Below are positions 26,505-35,813 of a stretch of 64,000 nucleotides of DNA, one piece after another. Under the pieces are notes generated by a model. It was not told where the DNA came from, searched no databases, and saw only the letters and a program-made list of their open reading frames with translations. Source of the stretch: Nitrospirota bacterium (GTDB lineage Bacteria; Nitrospirota; UBA9217); the NCBI GenBank assembly GCA_029858565.1, contig JAOUEV010000012.1, positions 278 to 64,277 of the forward strand. Direction: 5' to 3'. Positions within the stretch are counted from its first letter, which is position 1. The number at the start of each line of letters is the position of its first letter. A program made the position numbers and the translations under genes.

Positions 26505-28700
26505 TTATTCCTGGGAAGGCTGGAACCACCCATGGGTGATCCCCCATATCCCTGGATCATGACAATTGATGGCGCATGACGTGGGGTAACTCCCAAGAGT
26601 CACCGCAGCCCCAATAAGGCTGTACTGATCTCCGCCGATCCCGGCGTAATGGTCATACAGCATAGAATCATGCACCCAGCCCCATTGCGTGTTCGAACCG
26701 TGCACTTCGTGACAGGAATTGCAGACGATCGATGATAAGATCGACCCACGATACTTCCATCCGTCGGGTTCCGTCTGCAGGTGCAGCATGTGAAGATTGA
26801 TATAGGTTCCGAAGAGCGGCAAGTCATCGTAAGCCTTCCCCGTGATCCCAAGGTTCACATCTCGGAACCGAGTCTTTATGTTGGGAATCGTATACGCAGG
26901 TAATGCACCAGAGGTGTTGAAAAGGTCCACCGCATAGTTCCCGCCAGCCTGCATTCCCAGAATAGCCTCCTTCGACACGGCGCCGTACGCTGCGTGGCAC
27001 GCAAAGCACAGATCATAATCGCTCTCATCAGCAGTGGTGAAATAAGTTGTCTTCGTGCTCGGCAGCGTCAGATTCCTGGCCAGCAGACCGACATTCGCGG
27101 TTCCATGCCCGTTCCCGTGGCATCCGGTGTTCACGCTTCCGTTCCCCACACAGGTCAGCCCCTTTAGCTTATGACCGAAGCTCTTGCTCCAGTTCGCGCT
27201 GATCTCGGCGCTGGCCCTGTAGGGCGCTATCCCGATCGTCGAGCCGTCGTTGAACGGTGCTGTAGACGTACCGCCGGTGATGAACGTCGAGGTCGCGCCA
27301 GAGGCATCATGGCAGCTCAAACAGAATGGTTCAAGTGTCGATGCTGTTGAGTAAGCTATTGTTGCTCCCGTATCCCCGTTCCGGAGACGCACGGTCCCGC
27401 CCATATGTATGGACATGTCGTGACACACGAGGCACTGTTCGGTCAATGGATCGTTCCCCGGTCCACGCGTCACGTGGTGCGATTTATTCGCGGCATTCGC
27501 CCCAAAGTCCCCGCTCGCGCCCATTACCGGCCGACGCGTGCCCATGGCGTTCACATGGCAGAGCCAACAGGCCGGAGCACTCACGCCTGCGGTGCCGTAC
27601 CACGCCGGTGTCTCTCCGGCGTGACAGTCCGTTGTAGCGCACGCACCGGTCTCCTGGCCTGTGTCCGCGGTCCAGGTGCCGCTTGTATTCGTGCTGTCGA
27701 AGTAGACGAGCAGCACCGTCGGGTCAGGTGTGTCGAGCACACCGCTGGCATGGGATGGACGGCTAGGATAGTTCAGGTGACATTTGGAACAGGAGAAACC
27801 TATGCTCCCCACATGCTTGCTGTGCTTGCCCGCAACGCCGCTCCCGTTCGTGAGCAGTGGATCGAGGACCGTCGAGTAGGCAGCCGTGTGACAGGTCGTG
27901 CAGGTCGCCGGTAGCGCCCAGGTTCCGCTCCCGTACCACGACAGCGTATCCGCCCCGTGGCAGGAGATCGTAGCGCACTGGCCGGTGCGGGCTCCGGTAT
28001 CGTTCGTCCAGGTGCCGGTAGTCGCTACGATATTGAAGATCACCAGGTTTTTTGAAGGATCGGCAGTATCCAGCTGGCCGTTCGCATGGGTCGTTTGACC
28101 GGGATACTGATAGTGGCATCGTTCGCAATCGATGGCGCGTGAGGTCACATGTTTGACATGCCGTCCTGCTGGAGCTGTACCGTTTATTACTGCCGGATCG
28201 AGCTCCCGGGAAAAAGTGGAGCTGTGGCAGGTCGTGCAAGCAGGCATCGTCCAGGTGGAGCCGTACCAGTTCACCGTGGCGTTCCCATGGCACGCGACGC
28301 CTGCGCAGCTGCCTGTACCCGGGCCAGTGTCGTTCACCCATGCACCCGAGGGGCCGACAACGCTGAGAGAAACGAGGCTCACCGTCGGGTCACCGGTATC
28401 AAGGGTCCCGTTCATGTGCGTGGCGGTGTTCATATACCCGCTGTGGCAGCGCTCGCAAGGGATCTGACGTTCGCTGAAATGCTTCACATGCCTGCCGTAA
28501 GTGCCGGATCCGTTCGTGACCAGGGGATCAAGGGCAGCAGAGTTCGTGCTGCTGTGGCAACGGACGCACTCCGAGAACGGCTCGCTGGAATGGGGCTGCC
28601 GTGCGAACAGGGAGTCCGGACCGTGGCCTGAATTGCAGCCTGCCGCGATCAACAGCAGGACCGCTGAAAGTAATGCGCGATACGCGTTCATCGGAAACAC
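26505..28700 (-). CDS. Large multiheme c-type cytochrome lipoprotein (OmcB-like extracellular cytochrome), ~11 CxxCH + 4 CX3-4CH motifs, three ~95-aa tandem repeat modules
   Basis: Lipobox LIAAGC. CxxCH motifs: CVRCH, CERCH, CTTCH, CERCH, CTTCH, CSKCH, CWLCH, CLVCH, CLSCH, CFACH, CNSCH. CX4CH in each repeat (CAGVACH, CATISCH, CATTDCH) and CAINCH. Repeat unit CxxCHS..LDP..NG..G.HVKH...CxxCH..TH.NG.LDT.DP...W.NDTG..TG.CAxxxCHG..WYG. Confidence 0.8.
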   Translation of the reverse strand: MFPMNAYRALLSAVLLLIAAGCNSGHGPDSLFARQPHSSEPFSECVRCHSSTNSAALDPLVTNGSGTYGRHVKHFSERQIPCERCHSGYMNTATHMNGTLDTGDPTVSLVSLSVVGPSGAWVNDTGPGTGSCAGVACHGNATVNWYGSTWTMPACTTCHSSTFSRELDPAVINGTAPAGRHVKHVTSRAIDCERCHYQYPGQTTHANGQLDTADPSKNLVIFNIVATTGTWTNDTGARTGQCATISCHGADTLSWYGSGTWALPATCTTCHTAAYSTVLDPLLTNGSGVAGKHSKHVGSIGFSCSKCHLNYPSRPSHASGVLDTPDPTVLLVYFDSTNTSGTWTADTGQETGACATTDCHAGETPAWYGTAGVSAPACWLCHVNAMGTRRPVMGASGDFGANAANKSHHVTRGPGNDPLTEQCLVCHDMSIHMGGTVRLRNGDTGATIAYSTASTLEPFCLSCHDASGATSTFITGGTSTAPFNDGSTIGIAPYRASAEISANWSKSFGHKLKGLTCVGNGSVNTGCHGNGHGTANVGLLARNLTLPSTKTTYFTTADESDYDLCFACHAAYGAVSKEAILGMQAGGNYAVDLFNTSGALPAYTIPNIKTRFRDVNLGITGKAYDDLPLFGTYINLHMLHLQTEPDGWKYRGSILSSIVCNSCHEVHGSNTQWGWVHDSMLYDHYAGIGGDQYSLIGAAVTLGSYPTSCAINCHDPGIWGITHGWFQPSQE

Positions 28701-28712
28701 TCTCCTCCTGTC

Positions 28713-29267
28713 CTACTTATGACAGTGACTGCAGTCAACGGCCGGATTCACCGGATGAGGCGCGGAAACATGGAGCGCCCGTTTGTGACAGACATTGCAG
28801 TTGTCCGCCGGGACCGAATTCGAGGCGAAATGGCACCCTCCGCAGTGCCTGCTGCGCCAGCTCGCGGTATGGGTGCGCGGCGCGGTCTCGCTGTGGCACC
28901 GGACACAGTAGTCCTGTCGGTGGCAGGCAAGGCAGCGGTCACGGTTCCCTGATGCGGAGAGACCGTGGCCCCGAGTGCGCCAGAAGTTCCCGTGGTCCCG
29001 CGGAGCCTGCATGGTATGGCAGGCTGTGCAGTCGTTCCGTTCATGGCAGGTGGTACACTCCGTGCCGGGGCGATTTGCGCTCATGCCCAGAGCCGCCACT
29101 TCCCTGCCGTGATATTCGAGCCATTTAGCCCTGTGAGACTCCGGCTTCGGAAAAGGGATCCTCGTGTCGTTGCCCGGACCCTGTTCTCCTGCGGTTGCGG
29201 CACCGGAAAGAGCGGCAAACAGCAGCACCATCATCCATGGTTTGGCAAGGCACCTGTTAAAAGTCAT
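28713..29267 (-). CDS. Periplasmic heptaheme c-type cytochrome (OmaB-like)
   Basis: Signal peptide then seven CxxCH motifs (CTTCH, CTACH, CLACH, CVRCH, CGGCH, CNVCH, CSHCH) in ~185 aa. Sits between the barrel and lipoprotein-cytochrome genes. Confidence 0.8.
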   Translation of the reverse strand: MTFNRCLAKPWMMVLLFAALSGAATAGEQGPGNDTRIPFPKPESHRAKWLEYHGREVAALGMSANRPGTECTTCHERNDCTACHTMQAPRDHGNFWRTRGHGLSASGNRDRCLACHRQDYCVRCHSETAPRTHTASWRSRHCGGCHFASNSVPADNCNVCHKRALHVSAPHPVNPAVDCSHCHK

Positions 29268-30657
29268 AGCGCATCCCCAGCCGCAGGGTATCGTAGTTCT
29301 CGATACCATGCTCATGTTCGAACGTCGCGTTCGCGGAAAGCTCCGGTACGAAGGGATACTGGGCCGAACAATAATATGCGCGCACCTGCTCCCGGGCGCC
29401 CAGCGTAAGGTAGTAATCGTAGCGGTAGAGGCTGTATGCGCTTCCGACGCTGATCCTGGCCTCCCGTTTATTGATCTTTTTCAGCACATAGGACAGATCC
29501 GTGCTCGTTGTATGGAACTTCCTTGTCCCGCTTTCCCACTCCTCCGCGGTCAGGGTCCAGGACAATCCCGCGAGCCCCAGGTCCGACACTTCCACGCCGA
29601 GGTATTTCCTTGAGTATTCCCGATCAAAGGGTCCCTGGTCAGCCGGCGCGTCCAACAACGCCCGCTTGAAATACCCCAGGTCCGCGGAGATCCATTCGGT
29701 GAAATGCTTCCGCAGCCGGATATCATAGGACTGGTACGGAGCGCTCTGACCCAGCACATCGTAGAACGGTGATAGTTCGTTGCTCCGGACCTCCTGCGTG
29801 CGGAATTGCCGGAAGTAGCTGACCAAAGCCTCGCCACCCTCTTCCGACGAGGCTGCGAACGCCTTGAGCGTAATATCGCGGGGTTCGCTGTTCTGGAGCC
29901 GGTACTTTGCCGACACATTGCCCATCGATGAGATCCTCTGCCAGGCCTTGAACGATACCAGGCTGTCATGGACGGTCCCGTTGTCAGCAGGCAGCTCCTG
30001 TTCATCATCGACCACCATGATGTCGGCGCTCATGCCGGTCCCGGGCAGCGGCTTGAGGTCGATGCCCGCTCCCTGCACCCTGTCCGTTCCGTAATGGCCG
30101 TTCACTTCAGAGAAATGGGCCGCGGTCCCCAGATAGAGCGAGAGGTTCACCTTCTCGCCGGCAAGGTCCATGTCCGCGGCTATGCCGTCGAAGAACACCT
30201 GCTCGTCACGATTGCCCGCCTGCCTGCCGATCCGCATGCTCGTGTCCGGACGCACCTGGTCGCTCAGGAGAACGTAAGCCTCATACACGGTGCTGGTGGT
30301 ACGGCGATCATGGGTGTTGTTGATGTCCTCGAAGGGAGAATAGAACGCCACGGTCTGGTTCCCGTCCAGGTCCGAACGGCTCGCGCCGAGGAAATGGAAC
30401 TCCGGCGAGCCGCTGGTCGGCCGCTTGACATCCAGCCGTAGGTCCGCGAACACGTCGCGGTCCGCGTACTGCGCGGCTGGATCATCGGTTGATCGTGAGA
30501 TGTATTTGGTGGAAAAGGAACCGTTCACCTGGTAGGAGAGCGGGGCGGGAACAACTTCTTCGGCATAAGCGGCCGCAGGAAGCAGCATGGCCGCGAACGC
30601 AAGCGCGCGGAACCACGCGCGCAGACAGCCCCCCCTTGTGATGCCGCGACTCACCAC
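29257..30657 (-). CDS. Outer-membrane beta-barrel (porin-like) protein of a porin-cytochrome conduit (OmbB-like)
   Basis: Signal peptide (AFAAMLLPAAAYA-EE), 466 aa, alternating beta-strand pattern, C-terminal ...LRLGMRYDF with terminal aromatic. Operonic with the two cytochrome genes. Confidence 0.65.
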   Translation of the reverse strand: MVSRGITRGGCLRAWFRALAFAAMLLPAAAYAEEVVPAPLSYQVNGSFSTKYISRSTDDPAAQYADRDVFADLRLDVKRPTSGSPEFHFLGASRSDLDGNQTVAFYSPFEDINNTHDRRTTSTVYEAYVLLSDQVRPDTSMRIGRQAGNRDEQVFFDGIAADMDLAGEKVNLSLYLGTAAHFSEVNGHYGTDRVQGAGIDLKPLPGTGMSADIMVVDDEQELPADNGTVHDSLVSFKAWQRISSMGNVSAKYRLQNSEPRDITLKAFAASSEEGGEALVSYFRQFRTQEVRSNELSPFYDVLGQSAPYQSYDIRLRKHFTEWISADLGYFKRALLDAPADQGPFDREYSRKYLGVEVSDLGLAGLSWTLTAEEWESGTRKFHTTSTDLSYVLKKINKREARISVGSAYSLYRYDYYLTLGAREQVRAYYCSAQYPFVPELSANATFEHEHGIENYDTLRLGMRYDF

Positions 30658-30811
30658 GATGTCCCCCCCGTAGTGAGGATAATAGTATGAGCGCTCCTGC
30701 TTGTCAATGAAAGAGTCGCTGCCGAACGTTGCATTTTGAAGCGGGCAAACTTTATTCGCGCTTCTCCGATTTCCTGTTGAATTCAGCAGGCAAGTCCGCT
30801 ACAATCGGGCC

Positions 30812-31396
30812 ATGCGTCAATACATGCTTCTTGCCGTCACGATCCTTATATACATCGCTGGTACCGCAGCAGGCCAGCAGGAACCCTGTCTTGACTGCCA
30901 TCCTGACAAGCAGGAAGGAAAGGTCGTGCACGCGGCCATATCCATGGGCTGCGCTTCATGCCATAGCGGCACCCATTCAGGCGAAAAACCCGCGCCCAAG
31001 CTGATCTCAGCAGTGCCCGATCTCTGCTTCTCCTGCCATGACAGCGCCATGGTATCCGGAACCGTTCCCCATCCTCCGGCAAAGGACGGTCAGTGCACCT
31101 TCTGCCACTCGCCTCACAGCTCGGACCAGCCCGCGCTTCTGTCCCAGCCTGCCCCCGCGCTCTGCGGCAGCTGTCATGATAAACAAGCGACAGGCAGACA
31201 TGTGATGTCGCGTTTTGGCCCGAATGATTCCCATCCCATCTCGGGCAAGCCTGATCCGTCGCGCATTGGCAAGACGCTTTCCTGCGCAAGCTGCCACCAG
31301 CCCCATGGCGGAAACCTCAAGAGGCTCTTTCCCGCTGCTTCCGCCAACGGCCTGCCCTGCATGACATGCCACACAAAGATCTCGGCAGCTCCGTGA
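30812..31396 (+). CDS. Heptaheme c-type cytochrome (divergently transcribed from the conduit operon)
   Basis: Signal peptide; CLDCH, CASCH, CFSCH, CTFCH, CGSCH, CASCH, CMTCH. Confidence 0.8.
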   Translation: MRQYMLLAVTILIYIAGTAAGQQEPCLDCHPDKQEGKVVHAAISMGCASCHSGTHSGEKPAPKLISAVPDLCFSCHDSAMVSGTVPHPPAKDGQCTFCHSPHSSDQPALLSQPAPALCGSCHDKQATGRHVMSRFGPNDSHPISGKPDPSRIGKTLSCASCHQPHGGNLKRLFPAASANGLPCMTCHTKISAAP

Positions 31397-31438
31397 GACG
31401 GTGCGACCGTCTCCCGTCTGCGGCGCAAGGAGTTCGAA

Positions 31439-31909
31439 ATGCGGTCATCCATCCTGTTGCTCTACACGCTCACGCTTTCGCTCTGGGTCGGCGGCATCAC
31501 GATCTTCACTTTCATTGTCACCCCCGCGATCTTCCGGTCCTACAACCGCGACATGGCAGGCGAGATCGTTGGCAGGCTTTTTCCCGGCTACTTCACCTAC
31601 ACGCTCGCGCTCTCTGCCCTGGCATTGCTCCTCTTCTTCCTGCTCGGCGCTGACCGCTCAACGAAAGCGTTCCAGCTTTCCCTTGCTCTTCTGACCCTCG
31701 CGCTCCTGGCGAATGCCTATGTCAGCTTCAAGCTCCATCCCGACACCGTCCGGATCAAGCAGCAGGTGACATCCTTTGAACGCGAACCGTCTGACTCTCC
31801 GGCGCGCAGGGAGTTCCGCCGTCTCCATGCCATCAGCGCGGTGGTGAACCTGTTCGTGCTCGCTGACGGCGTAACGTTGCTGGTCCTGAGCAAAAGACTG
31901 ATAAACTGA
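31439..31909 (+). CDS. DUF4149-like integral membrane protein
   Basis: 156 aa, 4 predicted TM helices, pattern LWVGGITIFTFIVTPAIFRSYNRDMAGEIVGRLFPGYF typical of DUF4149/TMEM205-like proteins. Confidence 0.5.
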   Translation: MRSSILLLYTLTLSLWVGGITIFTFIVTPAIFRSYNRDMAGEIVGRLFPGYFTYTLALSALALLLFFLLGADRSTKAFQLSLALLTLALLANAYVSFKLHPDTVRIKQQVTSFEREPSDSPARREFRRLHAISAVVNLFVLADGVTLLVLSKRLIN

Positions 31910-32351
31910 CCATGCGGCGCATTCACTACGGAAAAGCGGGCTTCACCGGCGTGATGGCCCTCTACGGCATCCTCTGCGCCTATCCGTGTACGTGAAGGAC
32001 GCGCAGGCCATGGCACTGCCGCTTGTATCCGTGGGCGGAGGAGAGGATGTCATCCACGACTGGAACTTTCTTCTCTCGCATATCGGGCTGCTGCGCTGGG
32101 ATCAGCAGGTCGGCACGTTCCTGTACCTTCTCGGCCTGATCATTATTCTCACGTCGGTCGTCGCCGCGGGGTATTGGTCCGTTGATCAACAGGAGGATGC
32201 CGCTCCCTGAGCCGGACATACCGGCCCTGCTTGCGCGTCCCGCTCCCCGGACCGGCCTTTCCTGTCCACTTCACCCCATTCCGCGTTCCGAATCCTTCAT
32301 TCCCCATGGCTTCACCTTGACCTTCCCTTGCTCCTCGTCTACACTTGACTC

Positions 32352-34478
32352 ATGCTCTCCAATCTGTTCAATCCGCGGTCCATTGCGGTCATCGGCGCGT
32401 CGCAGGACCAGAAAAAGGTCGGTCACGCGGTCTTAAACAACCTTATCCGGTTCAACTATCAAGGCGCGCTCTACCCCGTCAATCCTTCGGCAGGCGATAT
32501 TCTTGGCAGGAAAGCCTGTGCCGGGATCACGGAGATCGGCGAACCCGTGGACCTCGCGGTTATCGCCATTCCCGCGAAGTTCGTTCTCGATTCATTGCGC
32601 CAATGCGCAGCCGCGGGGATCAAAGCGGCGATCATCCTGTCAGCTGGATTCAAGGAAGCAGGCGCGCAAGGGACGCTGCTCGAGGAGGAGCTCAAGACCG
32701 TCTGCAGCCAGACCGGCATCAGGGTCCTCGGACCGAATTGCCTGGGACTTATCAACACCGCGAACAGCATGAACGCTACTTTTGCCGCGGGCATGCTGCC
32801 CAAAGGCCGCATCGCCTTCTTCTCCCAGTCCGGCGCACTGGGTATCGCGATCCTGGACTGGGCCATCGGAAATGAGATCGGGTTTTCGTCGTTCGTGAGC
32901 CTCGGGAACAAGGCGGACATTTCGGAGATCGACTGCATCCGCTACTTTGCCCAGGACGACAACACGGACATCATCCTGGGTTACATCGAGGATGTGGTGA
33001 GCGGCGAGCAGTTCCTGAAGGCGGCGTCCGCTGCAACGAAGCAGAAACCCATCGTACTGCTCAAGTCCGGCGGCACGGAGGCCGGCGCGCGGGCCGCGTC
33101 GTCGCACACCGGCGCGCTCGCGGGATCGGACACTGCGTTCAATGCGGCCTTCCGCCAGTCCGGTGTGATCCGCGCGAGCGGCGTGGAGGAGCTCTTTGAC
33201 ACGGCCCTCACCTTCTCCGGCAGAAAGCTGCCCAAGGGCAACAGGCTCCTGATCGTGACCAACGCCGGTGGTCCGGGCATTCTCGCGGCAGACACCGCGG
33301 AGCGGCTCGGGATCAAACTGCCGCAGCTTACCAAGGAAACGGCCGAGGATCTCAGGCCGAAACTGCCGCCCAGCGCCTCGGTCTTTAATCCCGTTGACCT
33401 GATCGGGGACGCCACATCGGAGCGTTATGCCGTGGCGCTCGAAGCGGGCGCGAAAGATCCGAACGTGGACGGCATGCTCGTGATCCTGACGCCCCAGGCC
33501 ATGACCGATGTGGATGCCACGGCCGGCCATGTGCTCCGGGTCTCACAAGCAACGGACAAGCCCGTGCTCGCCTCCTTCATGGGCGCGCTTCGCGTCAAGA
33601 ACGCGGTCGAGCAGTTCAAGCGGGCATCGCTTCCGAACTTCTCGTATCCCGAGACCGCCGTGCGGGCCTTCAAAAAGCTGGTGGATTATGCCGCTATCCG
33701 CGATTTGCAGGAGGATGAGGTCTACCGGGGCTGGCATAACGAGGAAGCGGTGCAGGACCTGATCGACTCGCTCCTGAACCGCGGCATCACCCAGGTGGGC
33801 GAGGAAGAAGCCATGGCGCTTCTTTCCTACTACGGATTCACCTTCCCGAAGCGCGGACTTGCGCGCACCTCCCGGGAGGCCGGCGCGCTCGCGAGCCGTA
33901 TCGGCTTTCCGGTGGTCATGAAGATCTCTTCACCGGAGATCCTGCACAAGACCGACGTGGGCGGCGTGCGGGTGGGAGTAAAATCAGCCGGGGAAGCTGA
34001 GGAAGCATTCCTGGACATTACGACCAATGCGCGCAGAAGCATGCCCAATGCTTTCATCAAGGGCGTCATGGTCTACGAGATGGTCCGCGGCGGCAAGGAA
34101 GTGATCCTCGGCGTTACCGTGGACAGGACCTTCGGCCCCATGGTGATGTTCGGTCTGGGCGGCATCTATGTCGAGGTGCTGAAGGACGTGGCTTTCCGTA
34201 TCGCGCCGGTCACCCGGCGGGAGGCGCTTGCCATGGTGAACGAGATCCGCACCGTTGCCTTGCTCAAGGGCGCCAGGGGAGAAAAGCCGGCGGACCTGGA
34301 CGCCATCGCCGACACGATCGTGCGTCTTTCGGTCCTGGTCACGGATTTCCCCGAGATCCAGGAGCTGGACATCAATCCGCTCGTGGTCATGGAAAGAGGC
34401 GCGGTCGCGCTCGATGCCAGGATCATTTTCAGGCACTGGGAAGGCAGCAAGGCGAGCAGAACCGCTGCTCGAACGTGA
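32352..34478 (+). CDS. Acetate--CoA ligase (ADP-forming), fused alpha/beta (CoA-binding + succinyl-CoA-synthetase-like + ATP-grasp domains)
   Basis: N-terminal CoA-binding PRSIAVIGASQDQKKVGHAVLNNL, 708 aa, C-terminal ATP-grasp (PVVMKISSPEILHKTDVGGVRVGV). Confidence 0.85.
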   Translation: MLSNLFNPRSIAVIGASQDQKKVGHAVLNNLIRFNYQGALYPVNPSAGDILGRKACAGITEIGEPVDLAVIAIPAKFVLDSLRQCAAAGIKAAIILSAGFKEAGAQGTLLEEELKTVCSQTGIRVLGPNCLGLINTANSMNATFAAGMLPKGRIAFFSQSGALGIAILDWAIGNEIGFSSFVSLGNKADISEIDCIRYFAQDDNTDIILGYIEDVVSGEQFLKAASAATKQKPIVLLKSGGTEAGARAASSHTGALAGSDTAFNAAFRQSGVIRASGVEELFDTALTFSGRKLPKGNRLLIVTNAGGPGILAADTAERLGIKLPQLTKETAEDLRPKLPPSASVFNPVDLIGDATSERYAVALEAGAKDPNVDGMLVILTPQAMTDVDATAGHVLRVSQATDKPVLASFMGALRVKNAVEQFKRASLPNFSYPETAVRAFKKLVDYAAIRDLQEDEVYRGWHNEEAVQDLIDSLLNRGITQVGEEEAMALLSYYGFTFPKRGLARTSREAGALASRIGFPVVMKISSPEILHKTDVGGVRVGVKSAGEAEEAFLDITTNARRSMPNAFIKGVMVYEMVRGGKEVILGVTVDRTFGPMVMFGLGGIYVEVLKDVAFRIAPVTRREALAMVNEIRTVALLKGARGEKPADLDAIADTIVRLSVLVTDFPEIQELDINPLVVMERGAVALDARIIFRHWEGSKASRTAART

Positions 34479-34535
34479 AACCGTTGCATTCAAGATATTC
34501 TTGCTTTATAGTGTATAAACGCAAGGAGGAATTTC

Positions 34536-35597
34536 ATGATCGCCATCATTGTCGCATCCAGCACACCCTATGCCGGCCGGACCTTTCTGTCCCTGAGCCT
34601 GGTAAAAAAACTCCGGGAAATGGACTTTGACGCCGGTTACATCAAACCTCTCGGCACTGTGCCGGTGAGATCGGGCAAGGACGTCCATGACGCAGACGCT
34701 ATCTTTGCCAAAGAGGTCCTCGGCCTTGCCGAACCGCTGGAGGTCATCTCGCCCTTTGTCCTGGACTACGAGAACCAATCAAAGCTTCTGGCAGGCGAGT
34801 TGAAGGATATCCGGAAGCAGGTCCTGTCCGCGTTCCAAAAGCTCAAGAAAAAGGATTTCGTGATCGTGGCGGGCGCCAACGATCTGTTCGAAGGTTCTCT
34901 CGCAGGCCTTGATGCGCTTTCGCTTGCAGCGGACATGAAAGCCTACACTCTTTTTGTGGAGCCCTGGCGAGGCGACATCTCCGCGGACGCAATCCACGGA
35001 AGTTCCCGCCTTTTCGGCGAGCGGTTCTGCGGCGCGATCCTGAACAAGGTGCCTGAGGCGGCGGTGAACCATGTGAAGCAGGATATAAAACCCTTTCTCC
35101 TGAAGAAGGGGCTCTCCGTTTTCGGCGTCTTTCCCAAGGACCGGTTCCTCGAGTCCGTGACCGTGCGTCAGCTGACCGAGATCCTGAACGGCAAACTCCA
35201 ATGCTGCGAGGACAAGCAGGACGAGCATGTGGAGAATTTCCTCGTCGGCGCCATGGACGTGGACAGCGCTCTCACCTATTTCCGCAAGACCCCGAACAAG
35301 GCCGTGATCACCGGCGCCCACCGGTCGGACATCCAGCTCGCTGCCATGGAGACCTCGACCAGGTGCATCATCATCACCGGCGGGCTCCAGACGAACGATG
35401 TGGTGCTGGGCAAGGCCAAGGCAACAGGCACGCCGATCCTGTCGGTGCCTGATGATACCTTCAGCACCATCGACAAGATCGAGATGCGCGTGGGCAAAAC
35501 GACCATCCGCGAACCGCGGAAGGTGGAGCGGGCAAAGCAGATCATGGATGTGGAGTTCGATATGTTCGGGTTTTTGAAGAAGCTGAATAAGGTGTAA
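34536..35597 (+). CDS. Phosphotransacetylase N-terminal-like protein (P-loop-like + DRTGG domain)
   Basis: 353 aa; resembles the N-terminal regulatory half of large Pta proteins (DRTGG domain: ...VITGAHRSDIQLAAMETSTRCIIITGG). Adjacent to the ADP-forming acetyl-CoA synthetase. Confidence 0.6.
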   Translation: MIAIIVASSTPYAGRTFLSLSLVKKLREMDFDAGYIKPLGTVPVRSGKDVHDADAIFAKEVLGLAEPLEVISPFVLDYENQSKLLAGELKDIRKQVLSAFQKLKKKDFVIVAGANDLFEGSLAGLDALSLAADMKAYTLFVEPWRGDISADAIHGSSRLFGERFCGAILNKVPEAAVNHVKQDIKPFLLKKGLSVFGVFPKDRFLESVTVRQLTEILNGKLQCCEDKQDEHVENFLVGAMDVDSALTYFRKTPNKAVITGAHRSDIQLAAMETSTRCIIITGGLQTNDVVLGKAKATGTPILSVPDDTFSTIDKIEMRVGKTTIREPRKVERAKQIMDVEFDMFGFLKKLNKV

Positions 35598-35813
35598 GGG
35601 AAAGGAAGCATCGAAGGCTGGATACCGGTTCCCAAGGCAGTCGGCATGCGTCTCCAGATGAGCAAGTCCCTGCCCGGCCTTGACCGGTTCTATATGGCAG
35701 GCCAGTGGGTGGAACCGGGCGGGGGCATTCAGATCGTTGCCCTGTCAGGCCGTAATGTGATACAGCTGATCTGCAGGGACGAGAAAATGAAGTTCAAGAC
35801 AACGATGCCCTGA
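35598..35813 (+). pseudogene. Orphan C-terminal fragment of a phytoene-desaturase/amine-oxidase-family (CrtI-like) FAD oxidoreductase
   Basis: In frame directly after the DRTGG gene TAA: GKEASKAGIPVPKAVGMRLQMSKSLPGLDRFYMAGQWVEPGGGIQIVALSGRNVIQLICRDEK. This matches the conserved C-terminal PGLYxxGxxxxPGGGxPxxxxSGR signature. No N-terminal part is present. Confidence 0.45.

Noticed and set aside
25943-26539. 198-aa plus-strand ORF across the FAD-oxidase start and GNAT remnant
   Set aside because: The only meaningful similarity in this stretch (GNAT C-terminus) is in a different frame from this ORF. The ORF itself has no domain signature and overlaps the oxidase 5' end in antisense.
31986-32210. 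74-aa ORF (MALPLVSVGGGEDVIHDWNFLLSHIGLLRWDQQVGTFLYLLGLIIILTSVVAAGYW...) with one predicted TM helix in the 440-bp gap before the acetyl-CoA synthetase gene
   Set aside because: It has no RBS and no recognisable family. It could be a genuine small membrane protein or noise, and there is too little evidence to call a feature.
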